64,000 nt of DNA. Origin: Anaeramoeba ignava BMAN. Its lineage: Eukaryota > Protista > Anaeramoebae. Positions 1 through 13,100 of this stretch are shown here, one piece after another (within the stretch, counting starts at the first letter, position 1; every line of letters begins with the position of its first letter). The stretch lies in NCBI GenBank assembly GCA_028826165.1, contig JAPDFW010000062.1, positions 124,001-188,000 of the forward strand, given 5' to 3'. A model generated the notes under the pieces. It ran no database searches. It saw only the letters and a list, made by a program, of their open reading frames with translations, and was not told where the DNA came from. The position numbers and the translations under genes were made by a program.

Positions 1-3000
1 AAAACAAAAAAAAAAAAAAGAAAAAGAAAACCAAAAGAAAAAAAAAAAAAAAAAGAAAAAGAAAGAAAAAAGAAAAAAAGAAAAGAAAAGAAAAAAAAAG
101 AAGAAAAGAAAAAGAATTGAACAGGAAAGAAAAAAAAGAAGAAAGAAAAGATAGAAAGAAAAATGAAAATAAAAAGAAAAACAAAAAAAAGAAAAAGAAA
201 AAAAAACAGGAAAGAAAAAAAAAGAAAAATAGAAAGATTCAAAAAGAAAAGAAAAAGCTGAAACAGGAAAGAAAAAGAAAGACTTCCTCGTGAAAAAAGA
301 AAAAAATGGAGAAAAGGAAAGAAAAACAAAAAGAAGAAAAAGAAAAAAAGGAACAGGAAAGAAAACAAAAAGAAGAACAAGAAAAAAAGGAACAGGAAAG
401 AAAACAAAAAGAAAAGGAAAGAAAACAAAAAGAGAAAGAAAAAAAGGAACAGGAAAGAAAAAAAAAAGAAAAAGAAAGAAAACAAAAAGAGAAAGAAAAA
501 AAGGAACAGGAAAGAAAACAAAAAGAAAAAGAAAGAAAACAAAAAGAAAAAGAAGAACAAGAAAGAATAAAAAAAGAAAAAGGAAAAATTCATTCCAAAA
601 CAAGTTCAGAAACACATTCAGAAGATTCAGAAACAGAAGATTCAGAAACAGATGAATCAAAACATGTTGATTCAGAAACAGATTCAGAAATAGATTCAGA
701 AATAGATTCAGAGACACATTCAGAAATAGATTCAGAAACAGATTCAGAAACAGATGATCCAAATATTGTAAAAGAACAAAAAGAAAAAGAAATAAAAAAA
801 TTAGATTCTATTCACAGATCAAAATCACTTCAAAAAAAGCCTCTTCCAATCACACAAATTGAAAACAAAAACCCTGTTCAATTTCCAAAATCAATTCAAA
901 ATCTAAATCAGAATCTAAATCTAAATCTAAATCAAAATCAAAATCAAAATCTAAATCAAAATCAAAATCAAATTCAAATTCAAAATCAAAATCAAAATCC
1001 AATTCAAATTCAAAATCAAAATCAAAATCAATATCAAATTCAAATTCAAAATCAAAATCAATATCAAAATCAAAATCAAAATCAAAATCAAAATCAAAAT
1101 CAATATCAATATCAAAATCAATATCAAAATCAAAATCAAAATCAAAATCAATATCAAAATCAATATCAAAATCAAAATCAAAATCAAAATCAAAATCAAA
1201 ATCAAAATCAAATTCGAAATAGATATTCTCCTCGTTACAATCCTTCTCGTTATAATCCTCCTCGAGGACTTCCTCGTGCTAGAATTGGTCTTGACCCAGG
1301 TCTATTAAATGATATGAAAAATAGAGGAAGGCAAGCAAATAACAAAAAATTACCAGTTAATCATAATCACAATCCGATGATAGAAAATAATCAACATAAA
1401 CAAAAAGAAGAACAAGAAAGAAAACAAAGAGAACAAGAAAGAAAAGCAGAAGAAACAAGATTAAGAATTCAAAAAGAAAAAGAAGCAGAAGAAACAAGAA
1501 TAAGAGAACAAGAAAGAAAAGCAGAAGAACTAAGATTAAGAATTCAAAAAGAAGCAGAAGAAACAAGATTAAGAATTCAAAAAGAAGCAGAAGAAACAAG
1601 ATTAAGAATTCAAAAACAAAGAGAAGCAGAAGAAAGATTAAGAATTCAAAAAGAAGAAACAAGATTAAAAATTCAAAGAGAAGCAGAAGAATTAAGATTA
1701 AGAACTCAAAAAGAAAAAGAAGAACAAGAAAGAAAACAAAGAGAAGCAGAAGAAACAAGATTAAGAAAACAAAGAGAAGCAGAAGAAACAAGATTAAAAA
1801 TTCAAAGAGAAGCAGAAGAAACAAGATTAAGAATTCAAAGAGAAAAAGAAGAAAAAGAAGAAACAAGATTAAGAATTCAAAAAGAAGCAGAAGAAACAAG
1901 ATTAAGAATTCAAAAACAAAGAGAAGCAGAAGAAAGATTAAGAATTCAAAAAGAAGCAGAAGAAACAAGATTAAAAATTCAAAAAGAAAGAGAAGCAGAA
2001 GAATTAAGATTAAGAACTCAAAAAGAAAAAGAAGAAACAAGATTAAGAAAACAAAGAGAAGCAGAAGAAACAAGATTAAGAAAACAAAGAGAAGCAGAAG
2101 AATTAAGATTAAGAATTCAAAGAGAAGCAGAACAAGAAAGATTAAGAATTCAAAGAGAAGCAGAAAGATTAAGAATTCAAAGAGAAGCAGAAAGATTAAG
2201 AATTCAAAGAGAAACAGAAGAAAGATTAAGAATTCAAAAAGAAGCAGAAGAAAGATTAAGAATTCAAAGAGAAGCAGAAGAAAGATTAAGAATTCAAAGA
2301 GAAGCAGAAGAAAGATTAAGAATTCAAAGAGAAGCAGAAGAAAGATTAAGAAAACAAAGAGAAGCAGAAGAACAAGAAAGATTAAGAATTCAAAGAGAAA
2401 CAGAAGAAAGATTAAGAACAAAAAGAAGCACAAGAAAGATTAAGAATTCAAAAACAAAAAGAAGAAAGATTAAGAATTCAAAGAGAAGCAGAAAAAAGAT
2501 TAAGAATTCAAAATCAAAACAAAAAACAAAACGAAAATCAAAATGAACAAAACAATTCAAATGAATATCTAAACCAGATTCCATTACCAAAAAAAACAAA
2601 AAGATTAGGTTCTATTCGCAGACCAAAAGCACCTCGAAAAAAACATCAATCAGAAAAACCTTCTGAACTTTTAAAAAAACCATCACTTCCAATTACAAAA
2701 ATTGAAAACAAAAACCCTATTATAAATCAAAACCCAATTCGAAATAGATCTCCTCCTCGTTACAATCCTCCTCGAGGACTTCCTCGTGCTGGAATTGGTC
2801 TTGACTCAGGACTATTAAATGTTTTGAAAAATCGAGGAAGAAATCAGGGAGCTCCTCGTGGTAGATTTGGCAATAAAAAAAATCAAAACGGACAAACCAA
2901 ACCAAAACCAAAACCAAAACCAGAATCAGAATCAGAATCAGAATCAGAATCAGAACCAATAAGAACCAATTAAGTTCTATTCGCAGACCAAAAGCACCTA

Positions 3001-3212
3001 GAAAAAAACATCAATCAGAAAAACCTTCTGAACTTTTAAAAAAACTATCACTTCCAATTACAAAAATTGAAAACAAAAGTCCTATTATAAATCAAAACCC
3101 AATTCAAAATATAACTCCTCCTCGTTACAATCCTCCTCGAGGACTTCCTCGTGCTGGAATTGGTCTTGACTCAGGACTATTAAATGCTATGAAAAATCGA
3201 GGAAGAAAATAA
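1..3212 (+). CDS. Unknown E/K/R-rich coiled-coil protein, copy 1 (5' end outside window, frameshifted)
   Basis: ORF 306-2546 has EQERKQ/EAEETRLRIQK repeats, a DSE acidic tract and a QN tract. The module ...RYNPPRGLPRAGIGLDxGLLNxMKNRGR occurs three times and ends at TAA 3210-3212. Frameshifts lie in A-runs. Confidence 0.6.
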
Positions 3213-3254
3213 TCATTTTTTTTTCTTTTTTCTTTTTTCTTTTTCCTTTTTTCT

Positions 3255-4060
3255 TTAAAATCAATTTTCAAATCAATTTCCAAATCAATTTTTAAATCAA
3301 TTTTTATATCAATTTTTATATCAATTTAGAAATCAATTTCCAAATCAATTTCCAAATCAATTTTCAAATCAATTTTTATATTAATTTTTATATCAATTTT
3401 TAAATCAATTTTCAAATCAATTTTTATATTAATTTCCAAATCAATTTCCAAATCAATTTCCAAATCAATTTTCAAATCAATTTTTATATTAATTTTTATA
3501 TTAATTTTTATATCAATTTTTAAATCAATTTAGAAATCAATTTTTAAATCAATTTAGAAATCAATTTTTAAATCAATTTTTAAATCAATTTTTAAATCAA
3601 TTTTTAAATCAATTTTTAAATCAATTTCTATATCAATTTTGGAATCAATTTTGGAATCAATTTTGAAATCAATTTCTAAATTAATTTTTAAATCAATTTA
3701 GAAATCAATTTAGAAATCAATTTTTATATTAATTCCCAAATCAATTTTTATATCAATTTTGAAATCAATTTCCAAATCAATTTTTGAATCAATTTTTATA
3801 TCAATTTTTATATCAATTTCCAAATCAATTTCCAAATCAATTTTCAAATCAATTTTTATATCAATTTTTATATTAATTTTTATATCAATTTTTAAATCAA
3901 TTTAGAAATCAATTTTTAAATCAATTTAGAAATCAATTTTTAAATCAATTTTTATATCAATTTCTATATCAATTTTGGAATCAATTTTGGAATCAATTTT
4001 GAAATCAATTTCCAAATCAATTTTTATATCAATTTTTAAATCAATTTAGAAATTAATTTA
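3255..4060. repeat. Intergenic ~12-nt minisatellite (tcaatttttata/tcaatttccaaa/tcaatttagaaa)
   Basis: Visible tandem units; the same repeat recurs at 6190-6690. Confidence 0.85.
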
Positions 4061-4125
4061 GATTTAAAAAAATTTCTTAAAAAACAAAAACCAAAATTCA
4101 TTTTTTTTCTTTCATTTTAAAAAAA

Positions 4126-6146
4126 ATGGATTGGATTTTTGTTCCAGATGATATGGAAAAATCATTTAAAACAGTATTAACAAATCTTATATTTTTAAAA
4201 GATGATAAAAATGCAAAAAGGAAAAAAATGAGAGATTTAAGAAAAAAAATTACAAGTTTTGAGACAGAACAAAAAGAAAAAGAAAAAGAAAAATTAAAAG
4301 AACAAAAAGAAGAGAAAGAAAAAATAATAAAAGAAAAAGAGGAAAAAAAAGAAAAAAAAAGAAAAAAAAAAAAAAAAAAAAAAGAAAGAAAACAAAAAGA
4401 ATGAAGAAAAAGGAAACAGGAAAAAAGAAAAAAAAAGAAAAAGAAAAAGAAAAAAAAAAAAAAAAGAAAAGAAAACAAAAAGAAAAAGAAAAAGAAAGAA
4501 AAACAAAAAGAAAAAGAAGAAAAAGGGCGAAAAATGAAAAAGAAAAAACAAAAAAAAGAAAGAAAAAGAGAAAGAAAAAAAGAAAAAGAAAGAATGAAGA
4601 AAGAAAAGAAAAAGAAAAAGAAAAAAAAAGAAATGCTGAACCAAGAAAAGCTGAAAAGAAAAAGAAAAAGAAAGAAAAAAAAAGAGAAAAAAAAGAAAAG
4701 AAGAAAAAGAAGAAAAGAAAAAGAAAAAAAAAGAATTAAAAAAAAACCAAAAAAAAAGAAAAGAAGAAAAATGATGAAAAGAAAAAGAAAGAATTAAAAA
4801 GAAAAAGAAATGAACCAAAAAGCGCTGAACCAAGAAGAAAGAAAAAAAAAGAGAAAGAAAGAAAAGAAGAAAAAAAAAGAAAAAGAAAAGAAAGAAAAAG
4901 AAAGAAAAAAAAAAGAAAAAGAAAAAGAAAAAAAGAAAAAGAAAGAAAACCAAAAAGAAAAAGAAAGAAAAAAAAAGAAAAAGAAGAACAAGAAAAACCA
5001 AAAGATAAAAGCTGAAAGAAAACAAAAAGAAAAAGAAGAACAAGAAAAAAAGAAAAAGAAAGAATAAAAAAAGAAAAAGAAGAACAAAAAAAAGAAAAAG
5101 AAAAAGAAAGAAAACAAAAAGAAAAAGAAGAACAAGAAAAAAAGGAACAAGAAAGAATAAAAAAAGAGAAAGAAGAACAAGAAAGAAAACAAAGAGAAGC
5201 AGAAGAATTAAGAATAAAAATTCAAAAACAAGCAGAAGAAACAAAATTAAGAATTCAAAAACAAGCAGAAGAAACAAGATTAAGAAAACAAAAAGAAAAA
5301 GAAGAACAAGAAAGAAAAGCAGAAGAAAAAAAATTAAGAATTCAAAGAGAAGCAGAAGAAACAAGATTAAGAATTCAAAAACAAAAAGAAGAAGAAAGAT
5401 TAAGAAAACAAAAAGAAAAAGAAGAACAAGAAAGAAAAGAAGAAGAAACAAAATTAAGAATTCAAAGAGAAGCAGAAGAAACAAGATTAAGAATTCAAAA
5501 ACAAAAAGAAGAAGAAGAAAGAAAAGCAGAAGAATTAAGAATAAAAATTCAAAAACAAGCAGAAGAAACAAAATTAAGAATTCAAAGAGAAGCAGAAGAA
5601 ACAAGATTAAGAATTCAAAAACAAAAAGAAGAAGAAAGATTAAGAATTCAAAAACAAAAAGAAGAAGAAAGATTAAGAAAACAAAAAGAAAAAGAAGAAC
5701 AAGAAAGAAAAGAAGAAGAAACAAAATTAAGAATTCAAAGAGAAGCAGAAGAAACAAGATTAAGAATTCAAAAACAAAGAGAAGCAGAAGAAACAAGATT
5801 AAGAATTCAAAATCAAAACAAAAACCAAAACGAAAATCAAAATGAACAAAACAATTCAAATGAATATCTAAACCAGATTCCATTACCAAAAGAAACAAAA
5901 AAATTAGGTTCTATTCGCAGGCCAAAAGCACCTCGAAAAAAACATCAATCAGAAAAACCTTCTGAACTTTTAAAAAAACCATCACTTCCAATTACAAAAA
6001 TTGAAAACAAAAGCCCTATTATAAATCAAAAACCAATTCAAAATATAACTCCTCCTCGTTACAATCCTCCTCGAGGACTTCCTCGTGCTGGAATTGGTCT
6101 TGACCAAGGACTATTAAATGTTTTGAAAAATCGAGGAAGAAAATAA
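4126..6146 (+). CDS. Unknown E/K/R-rich coiled-coil protein, copy 2 (MDWIFVPDDMEK...KNRGRK)
   Basis: Same N-terminus as copy 3 and same C-terminal module as copy 1. Stop at 6144-6146. Many A-run indels at 4300-5200. Confidence 0.6.
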
Positions 6147-6189
6147 TCATTTTTTTTCTTTTTTTTTTTTTCTTTTTCCTTTTTTCTTT

Positions 6190-6690
6190 AAAATCAATTT
6201 TCAAATCAATTTCCAAATCAATTTTTATATCAATTTCCAAATCAATTTCCAAATCAATTTTTATATCAATTTCCAAATCAATTTCCAAATCAATTTTTGA
6301 ATCAATTTTTAAATCAATTTTTATATCAATTTCCAAATCAATTTTTATATCAATTTCCAAATCAATTTTTAAATCAATTTTCAAATCAATTTTTGAATCA
6401 ATTTTTATATCAATTTAGAAATCAATTTAGAAATCAATTTTTATATCAATTTTTAAATCAATTTTAAATCAATTTAGAAATCAATTTTTATATCAATTTA
6501 GAAATCAATTTTTAAATCAATTTTCAAATCAATTTTCAAATCAATTTTTATATCAATTTAGAAATCAATTTCCAAATCAATTTTTATATCAATTTTGAAA
6601 TCAATTTAGGAATAAATTTCCAAATCAATTTCCAAATCAATTTCCAAATCAATTTTTATATCAATTTTTATATCAATTTAGAAATTAATT
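6190..6690. repeat. Intergenic ~12-nt minisatellite, second copy
   Basis: Same units as 3255-4060. Confidence 0.85.
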
Positions 6691-6759
6691 TAAATTGAAA
6701 AAAAATTTCTTAAAAAACAAAAACCAAAATTCATTTTTTTTTCTTTCATTTTAAAAAAA

Positions 6760-8100
6760 ATGGATTGGATTTTTGTTCCAGATGATATGGAAAAATCATT
6801 TAAAACAGTATTAACAAATCTTATATTTTTAAAAGATGATAAAAATGCAAAAAGGAAAAAAATGAGAGATTTAAGAAAAAAAATTACAAGTTTTGAGACA
6901 GAACAAAAAGAAATAAAGTCACCATCGCATCAAAATTTTATCAAAGAAATTCAAGAAGAAACTAAAAAAAACCAAAATGCAAAAGATTCACAAACAAATT
7001 CAAAATCAATTTCAAAATCAAAATCAATTTCATTTTCAGAATCAGAATCAAATTCAAAATCAAATTCAAAATCAAAATCAGAATCTAAATCTGAATCTAA
7101 ATCTGAATCTAAATCAAAATCTAAATCTAAATCAAAATCTAAATCAAAATCAAAATCAAAATCAAATTTAAATCAAATTCAAAATCAAAATCAAAATCTA
7201 ATTCAAAATCAAATTCAATTTCATTTTCAGAATCAGAATCAAAATCAAATTCAAAATCAAAATCAAATTCAAAATCAAAATCAAAATCTAAATCTAAATC
7301 AGAATCTAAATCAAAATCTAAATCTAAATCAAAATCTAAATCAAAATCAAAATCAAATTCTAAATCAAAATCAAAATCAAAATCAAAATCAAATTCAAAA
7401 TCAAAATCAATTTCATTTTCAGAATCAAATTCAAATTCAAAATCAAAATCAAAATCAAAACAGAAATCAAAATCAATTTCATTTTCAGAATCAAATTCAA
7501 ATTCAAAATCAAAATCAAATTCAAATTCAAAATCAAAATCAAATTCAAAATTAAATTCAAAAAAAGATTCAAAAATAGATTCAAAAAAAGATCCAAAATC
7601 AAATTCAAATCCAAAAATAGATCCAAAATTAAATTCAAAACCAAAATCAAAATCTAAATCAAAATCAAAATCAAAATCAAAATCAAAATTAAAATCAAAA
7701 TCAAATTCAAAATCAAATTCAAAATCAAAATCAAAATCAAATTCAAAATCAAAATCAAAATCAAAATCAGAATCTAAATCAAAATCAGAATCAAAATTAA
7801 AATCAAAATCAAAATCAAAATTAAAATCAAAATCAAAATCAAAATCAAAATCAAAATCAAAATCAAAATCAAAATCAGAATTAAAATCAAAATCAAAATC
7901 AAAATCAAAACCAAAATCAAAATCAAAATCAGAATTAAAACCAAAATCAAAATCAAAATCAAAATCAAAATCAAAACTCAAAATTAAAATCAAAATCAAA
8001 ATCAAAATCAAAAACAGATTCAAAAACAGATTCAAAAACCATTTCAGAATCAGATTCAAAAACAAAAGATTCAACAAAAAATGATTGAAAATTAAATTCA
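6760..8100 (+). CDS. Copy 3 of the MDWIF family with a different S/K- or Q/N-rich (AAAATC)n body; possibly a truncated pseudogene, 3' end uncertain
   Basis: First ~51 codons identical to copy 2, then hexamer repeat; lacks the coiled coil and C-terminal module. Confidence 0.45.
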
Positions 8101-8149
8101 AAAAAAAATTTAAAATCAATATCAAAATCAAAATCAAATCCAAAAAAAG

Positions 8150-8548
8150 ATTTAAAAAGAAATCTAAAAAAAGATTAAATAGAAATATTTCCAAATTAAT
8201 ATCAAAAAAAAGGAAAATAAATAATTAATAAAATTAATAAATAAAATTCATTAAATAAAATAATTTGAAATTTGAAATTAAATTTGATTAAATTTGATCA
8301 AAATTCATTTTTCATTTTCCAATTTTTTTTAAAAGTAAAAAAAAAATTTTATTCTTTTATATTGATTTATTTATAAAATTTACAAAAAGAAAATAATAAA
8401 ATAATAAAATAATTTTATATTTAAAAAATTAATTTCAATTATAAAAATAAAATTATCCACTTTTTCAAATTCATTTTTTTTCTTTTTATTTTTTGGAATA
8501 AATTAAATATAAAAAATATAAAAATAGGAACAAAATAGAAACAACATA
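8150..8548 (+). promoter_or_regulatory. Conserved ~350-400 bp upstream block of the RRM genes (also ~12730-13100, 15350-15725, 17850-18226, 20480-20848, 24010-24400, 27230-27565)
   Basis: Near-identical non-coding block (gattaaatagaaatatttccaaattaatatc...aaaattatccactttttcaaattcatttt) precedes all seven genes. Confidence 0.6.
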
Positions 8549-11500
8549 ATGAATACAGAACAAAGTAATGCAACAGTTTATGTTGGTAATTTACCTTTTA
8601 GTATGACTGAAGAAGAAATTAAAACTGAATTTGGTAAAATTGCTAAAGTGTAAAAAATTTAATTCAAAAAAAATTTTGTAAATAAAAATAAATTAAAATT
8701 ATTTTTAATCTTTTATTTTTTGTTATTATTATTATTCTATTTTAAGTGTAAATGTTAGAATTGCCCAAAAAAGAGGACGTCCAGCAGGATATGCATTTGT
8801 TGAAATGAAAAATATGGAAGGAGCAAAAAAAGTTATTGATAAACTTAATGGAACTGAATTTTCAGGAAGAACAATTAAAGTTGAATTAGTCAGACCTCAA
8901 CAAACTCAACAAAATCAACAATATCAACAAAATCAAAAAAATCAACAAAATCAACAAAATCAACAAAATCAAAAAAAGGTAAATTGATTTTATTTTTTTT
9001 TGGAATAAATTTAATAAATTGAATTAAATTTAATTTGAAATATAAAAATAGAAACAAAATAAAAATAAAAAAATGTATGAACAAAAAAGTAACCGAGTAG
9101 TTTATATTAGCAATTTACCTTTAGATATGACTGAAGAAGAAATTAAATTCGAATTTTCTCAATTTGCTGAAGTGTAAAAAATCTAATTCAAAAAAAATTT
9201 TATAAATGGAAATAAATTAAGATTATTTATTTATTATTATTCTATTTTTAGTGTAAATGTTATACTTGTTCAAAAAAATGGACTTTTATCATTATTTGCA
9301 TTTGTTGAAATGAAAGATATAGAGGGAGCAAAAAAAGTTGTTTATGAAGTTAATGGAACAGAAGTTTCAGGAAGAAAAGTTCGAGTTGAATTAGCCAAAA
9401 CTCGACATTATCAACAATATCAACAAAATCAACAAAAGGTAAATTGATTTTGTTTTTTTTTGGAATAAATTAAATAAATTGAATTAAATTTAATTTGAAA
9501 TATAAAAATAGGAACAAAATAAAAATAACATAATGAATACACAACAAATTAATCCAAAAGTTTATATTGGTAATTTACCTTTTAGTATGACTGAAGAAGA
9601 AATCAAAACTGAATTTTCTAAATTTGCTAAAGTGTAAAAAATTTAATTCAAAAAAAATTTTGTAAATAAAAATAAATTAAAATTATTTTAATCTTTTATT
9701 TTTTGTTATTATTATTATTATTCTATTTTAAGTGTAAATGTTAGAATTGTCCAAAGAAGAGGACGTCCAGCAGGATATGCATTTGTTGAAATGAAAAATA
9801 TAGAAGGAGCAAAAAAAGTTATTGATAAACTTAATAGAACAGAATTTTCAGGAAATACAATTAAAGTTGAATTAGCCAGACCTCAACAAAATCAACAAAA
9901 TCAACAAAATCAACAAAATCAACAAAATCAACAAAATCAACAATATCAACAATATCAACAAAATCAACAATATCAACAAAATCAACAATATCAACAAAAT
10001 CAACAAAATCAACAAAATCAACAATATCAACAAAATCAACAAAATCAACAAAATCAACAATATCAACAAAATCAACAATATCAACAAAATCAACAATATC
10101 AACAAAATCAACAAAATCAACAAAATCAACAAAATCAACAAAATCAACAATATCAACAAAATCAACAATATCAACAATATCAACAATATCAACAAAATCA
10201 ACAAAATCAACAAAATCAACAATATCAACAATATCAACAATATCAACAATATCAACAAAATCAACAAAATCAACAAAATCAACAAAATCAACAAAATCAA
10301 CAAAATCAACAAAATCAAAAAAAGGTAAATTGATTTTATTTTTTTTTGGAATAAATTTAATAAATTGAATTAAATTTAATTTGAAATATAAAAATAGAAA
10401 CAAAATAAAAATAAAACAATGTATGAACAACAAAGTAACCGAGTAGTTTATATTAGCAATTTACCTTTAGATATGACTGAAGAAGAAATTAAATTCGAAT
10501 TTTCTCAATTTGCTGAAGTGTAAAAAATCTAATTCAAAAAATTTTATAAATGGAAATAAATTAAGATTATTTATTTATTATTATTCTATTTTTAGTGTAA
10601 ATGTTATACTTGTTCAAAAAAATGGACTTTTATCATTATTTGCATTTGTTGAAATGAAAGATATAGAGGGAGCAAAAAAAGTTGTTTATGAAGTTAATGG
10701 AACAGAAGTTTCAGGAAGAAAAATTAGAGTTGAATTAGTCAGACCTCAACATTATCAACAAAATCAACAAAATCAACAATATCAACAAAATCAACAATAT
10801 CAACAATATCAACAATATCAACAAAATCAACAAAATCAACAAAATCAACAAAATCAACAAAATCAACAAAATCAACAAAATCAACAAAATCAACAAAATC
10901 AACAAAATCAACAAAATCAACAAAATCAACAAAATCAACAAAATCAACAAAATCAACAAAATCAACAAAATCAACAAAATCAACAAAATCAACAATATCA
11001 ACAAAATCAACAATATCAACAATATCAACAAAATCAACAAAATCAACAATATCAACAATATCAACAAATAGTAAGTTAATTTTGATTTTGATTTTGATTT
11101 TGATTTTTGATTTTGATTTTATTTTTAATTTTAATTTTAATTTTAAGTCACAAACTTCTCAATTCCCACAAACAAGAGAAAAGCAAGAATTAATCAGAAG
11201 AAGAAGACAATCAAGAACCCCAAAAGAATTCAGCAAAACAAGAATTCATGTTTCAAATATTCCATTTAATATGAAAGATGAAGAATTTGCAAAAATATTC
11301 CAAAATTTTAAAACAAAAGAATGTAAAATTTCAAGAACAAAAATTGGAAAAAGTAAAGGATTTGGATTTGTTGAATTTGAATCACATGAAGATCAACAAA
11401 AAGCTCTTGAATTAAATGATAAAGAATTTGATGGAAGAAAAATTGGTGTTAAAGTTGCATTTGAATTACCTCCAAAAGAACTCAGTGAAACTCAAATTTA

Positions 11501-11771
11501 TGTTACAAATCTTTCACTTGATATGAAAGATGAAGAAATCGAAAAAATATTCCAAAATTTTAAAGCAAAAAAATGTAAAATTGTAAGATTGAGAGATGGA
11601 AAAAGTAAAGGATTTGGATTTGTTGAATTTGAATCACATGAAGATCAACAAAAATCTCTTGAATTAAATGATAAAGAATTTGATGGAAGAAAAATTGGTG
11701 TTAAAGTTGCATTTGAATTACCTAAAAGCGATGATTCTGATTACAATTCTGATTCCGATCCTGATTCCTGA
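8549..11771 (+). CDS. Multi-RRM gene R1: 4 type-A RRMs with Q/N/Y linkers + 2 type-B RRMs
   Basis: A modules start at 8549, 9073, 9533 and 10419 (RNP2 VYVGNLP, RNP1 GYAFVEM or LFAFVEM). Each has a phase-2 internal intron (e.g. 8650-8746) and they are joined by phase-0 introns. Intron 11071-11147 leads to the B exon (KGFGFVEF). Confidence 0.85.
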
Positions 11772-13100
11772 TTCAGAAATATATTCAAAAAAATATTCAA
11801 AACCAAATTCAAATTCAAATTCAAAATCAAAATCAAAATCAAAATCAAAATCAAAATCAAAATCAAAATCAAAATCAAATTCAAAATCAAATTCAAATTC
11901 AAAATCAAATTCAAATTCAAAATCAAATTCAAATTCAAAATCAAATTCAGATTCAAAATCAAATTCAAATTCAAAATCAAATTCAAATTCAAAATCAGAT
12001 CCAAAAATAGATTCAAAAATAGATTCAAATTCAAAATCAAATTCAAAAACAGATCCAAAAATAGATTCAAAATCAAATTCAAAAAAAGATTCAAAATCAA
12101 AATCAAAATCAAATTCAAAATCAAATTCAAAAAAAGATTCAAATCAAATTCAAAAAAAGATCCAAAAATAGATTCAAAATCAAATTCAAATTCAAATCCA
12201 AAATTCAGATTCAAAATTAGATTCAAAATAGATTCAAAAATAGATTCAAAATAGATCAAAATCAAAATCAAATTCAAATTCAAAAATCAAATTCAAAAAA
12301 CAAAATCAAATTCAAAAAATTCAAAAAAATCAAAAAGATCCAAAAAAATCAAAAATTCAAAAAGATTTAAAAGATTCAAAATCAAATTCAAAATCAAATT
12401 CAAATTCAAATTCAAAATCAAAATCAAATTCAAAATCAAATTCAAAATCAGATTCAAAATCAGATTCAAAATCAAATTCAAATTCAAAAACAGATCCAAA
12501 ATCAAAATCAAAATCAAAATCAAAATCAGAATTCAAAATCAAAATCAAAATCAAATTCAAAATCAAAATCAAAATCAAAATTCAAAATCAAATTCAAAAT
12601 CAAAATCAAATTCAAAATCAAAATCAAATTCAAAAAAAGATCCAAAATCAAAATCAAAATCAAATTCAAAATCAAATTCAAAATCAAAAAAGATTCAAAA
12701 TCAAAATCTCAAAAAGATTCAAAATCAAAATATTTCCAAAAAAATTAATATCAAAAAAAAAAGGAAAATAAATAATTAATAAAATTAATAAATAAAATTC
12801 ATTAAATAAAATAATTTGAAATTTGAAATTAAATTTGATTAAATTTGATCAAAATTCATTTTTCATTTTCCAATTTTTTTTAAAAGTAAAAAAAAAATTT
12901 TATTCTTTTATATTGATTTATTTACAAAATTTACAAAAAGAAAATAATAAAATAATAAAATAATTTTATATTTAAAAAATTAATTTCAATTATAAAAATA
13001 AAATTATCCACTTTTTCAAATTCATTTTTTTTATTTTTATTTTTTGGAATAAATTAAATATAAAAAATATAAAAATAGGAACAAAAATAGAAACAACATA

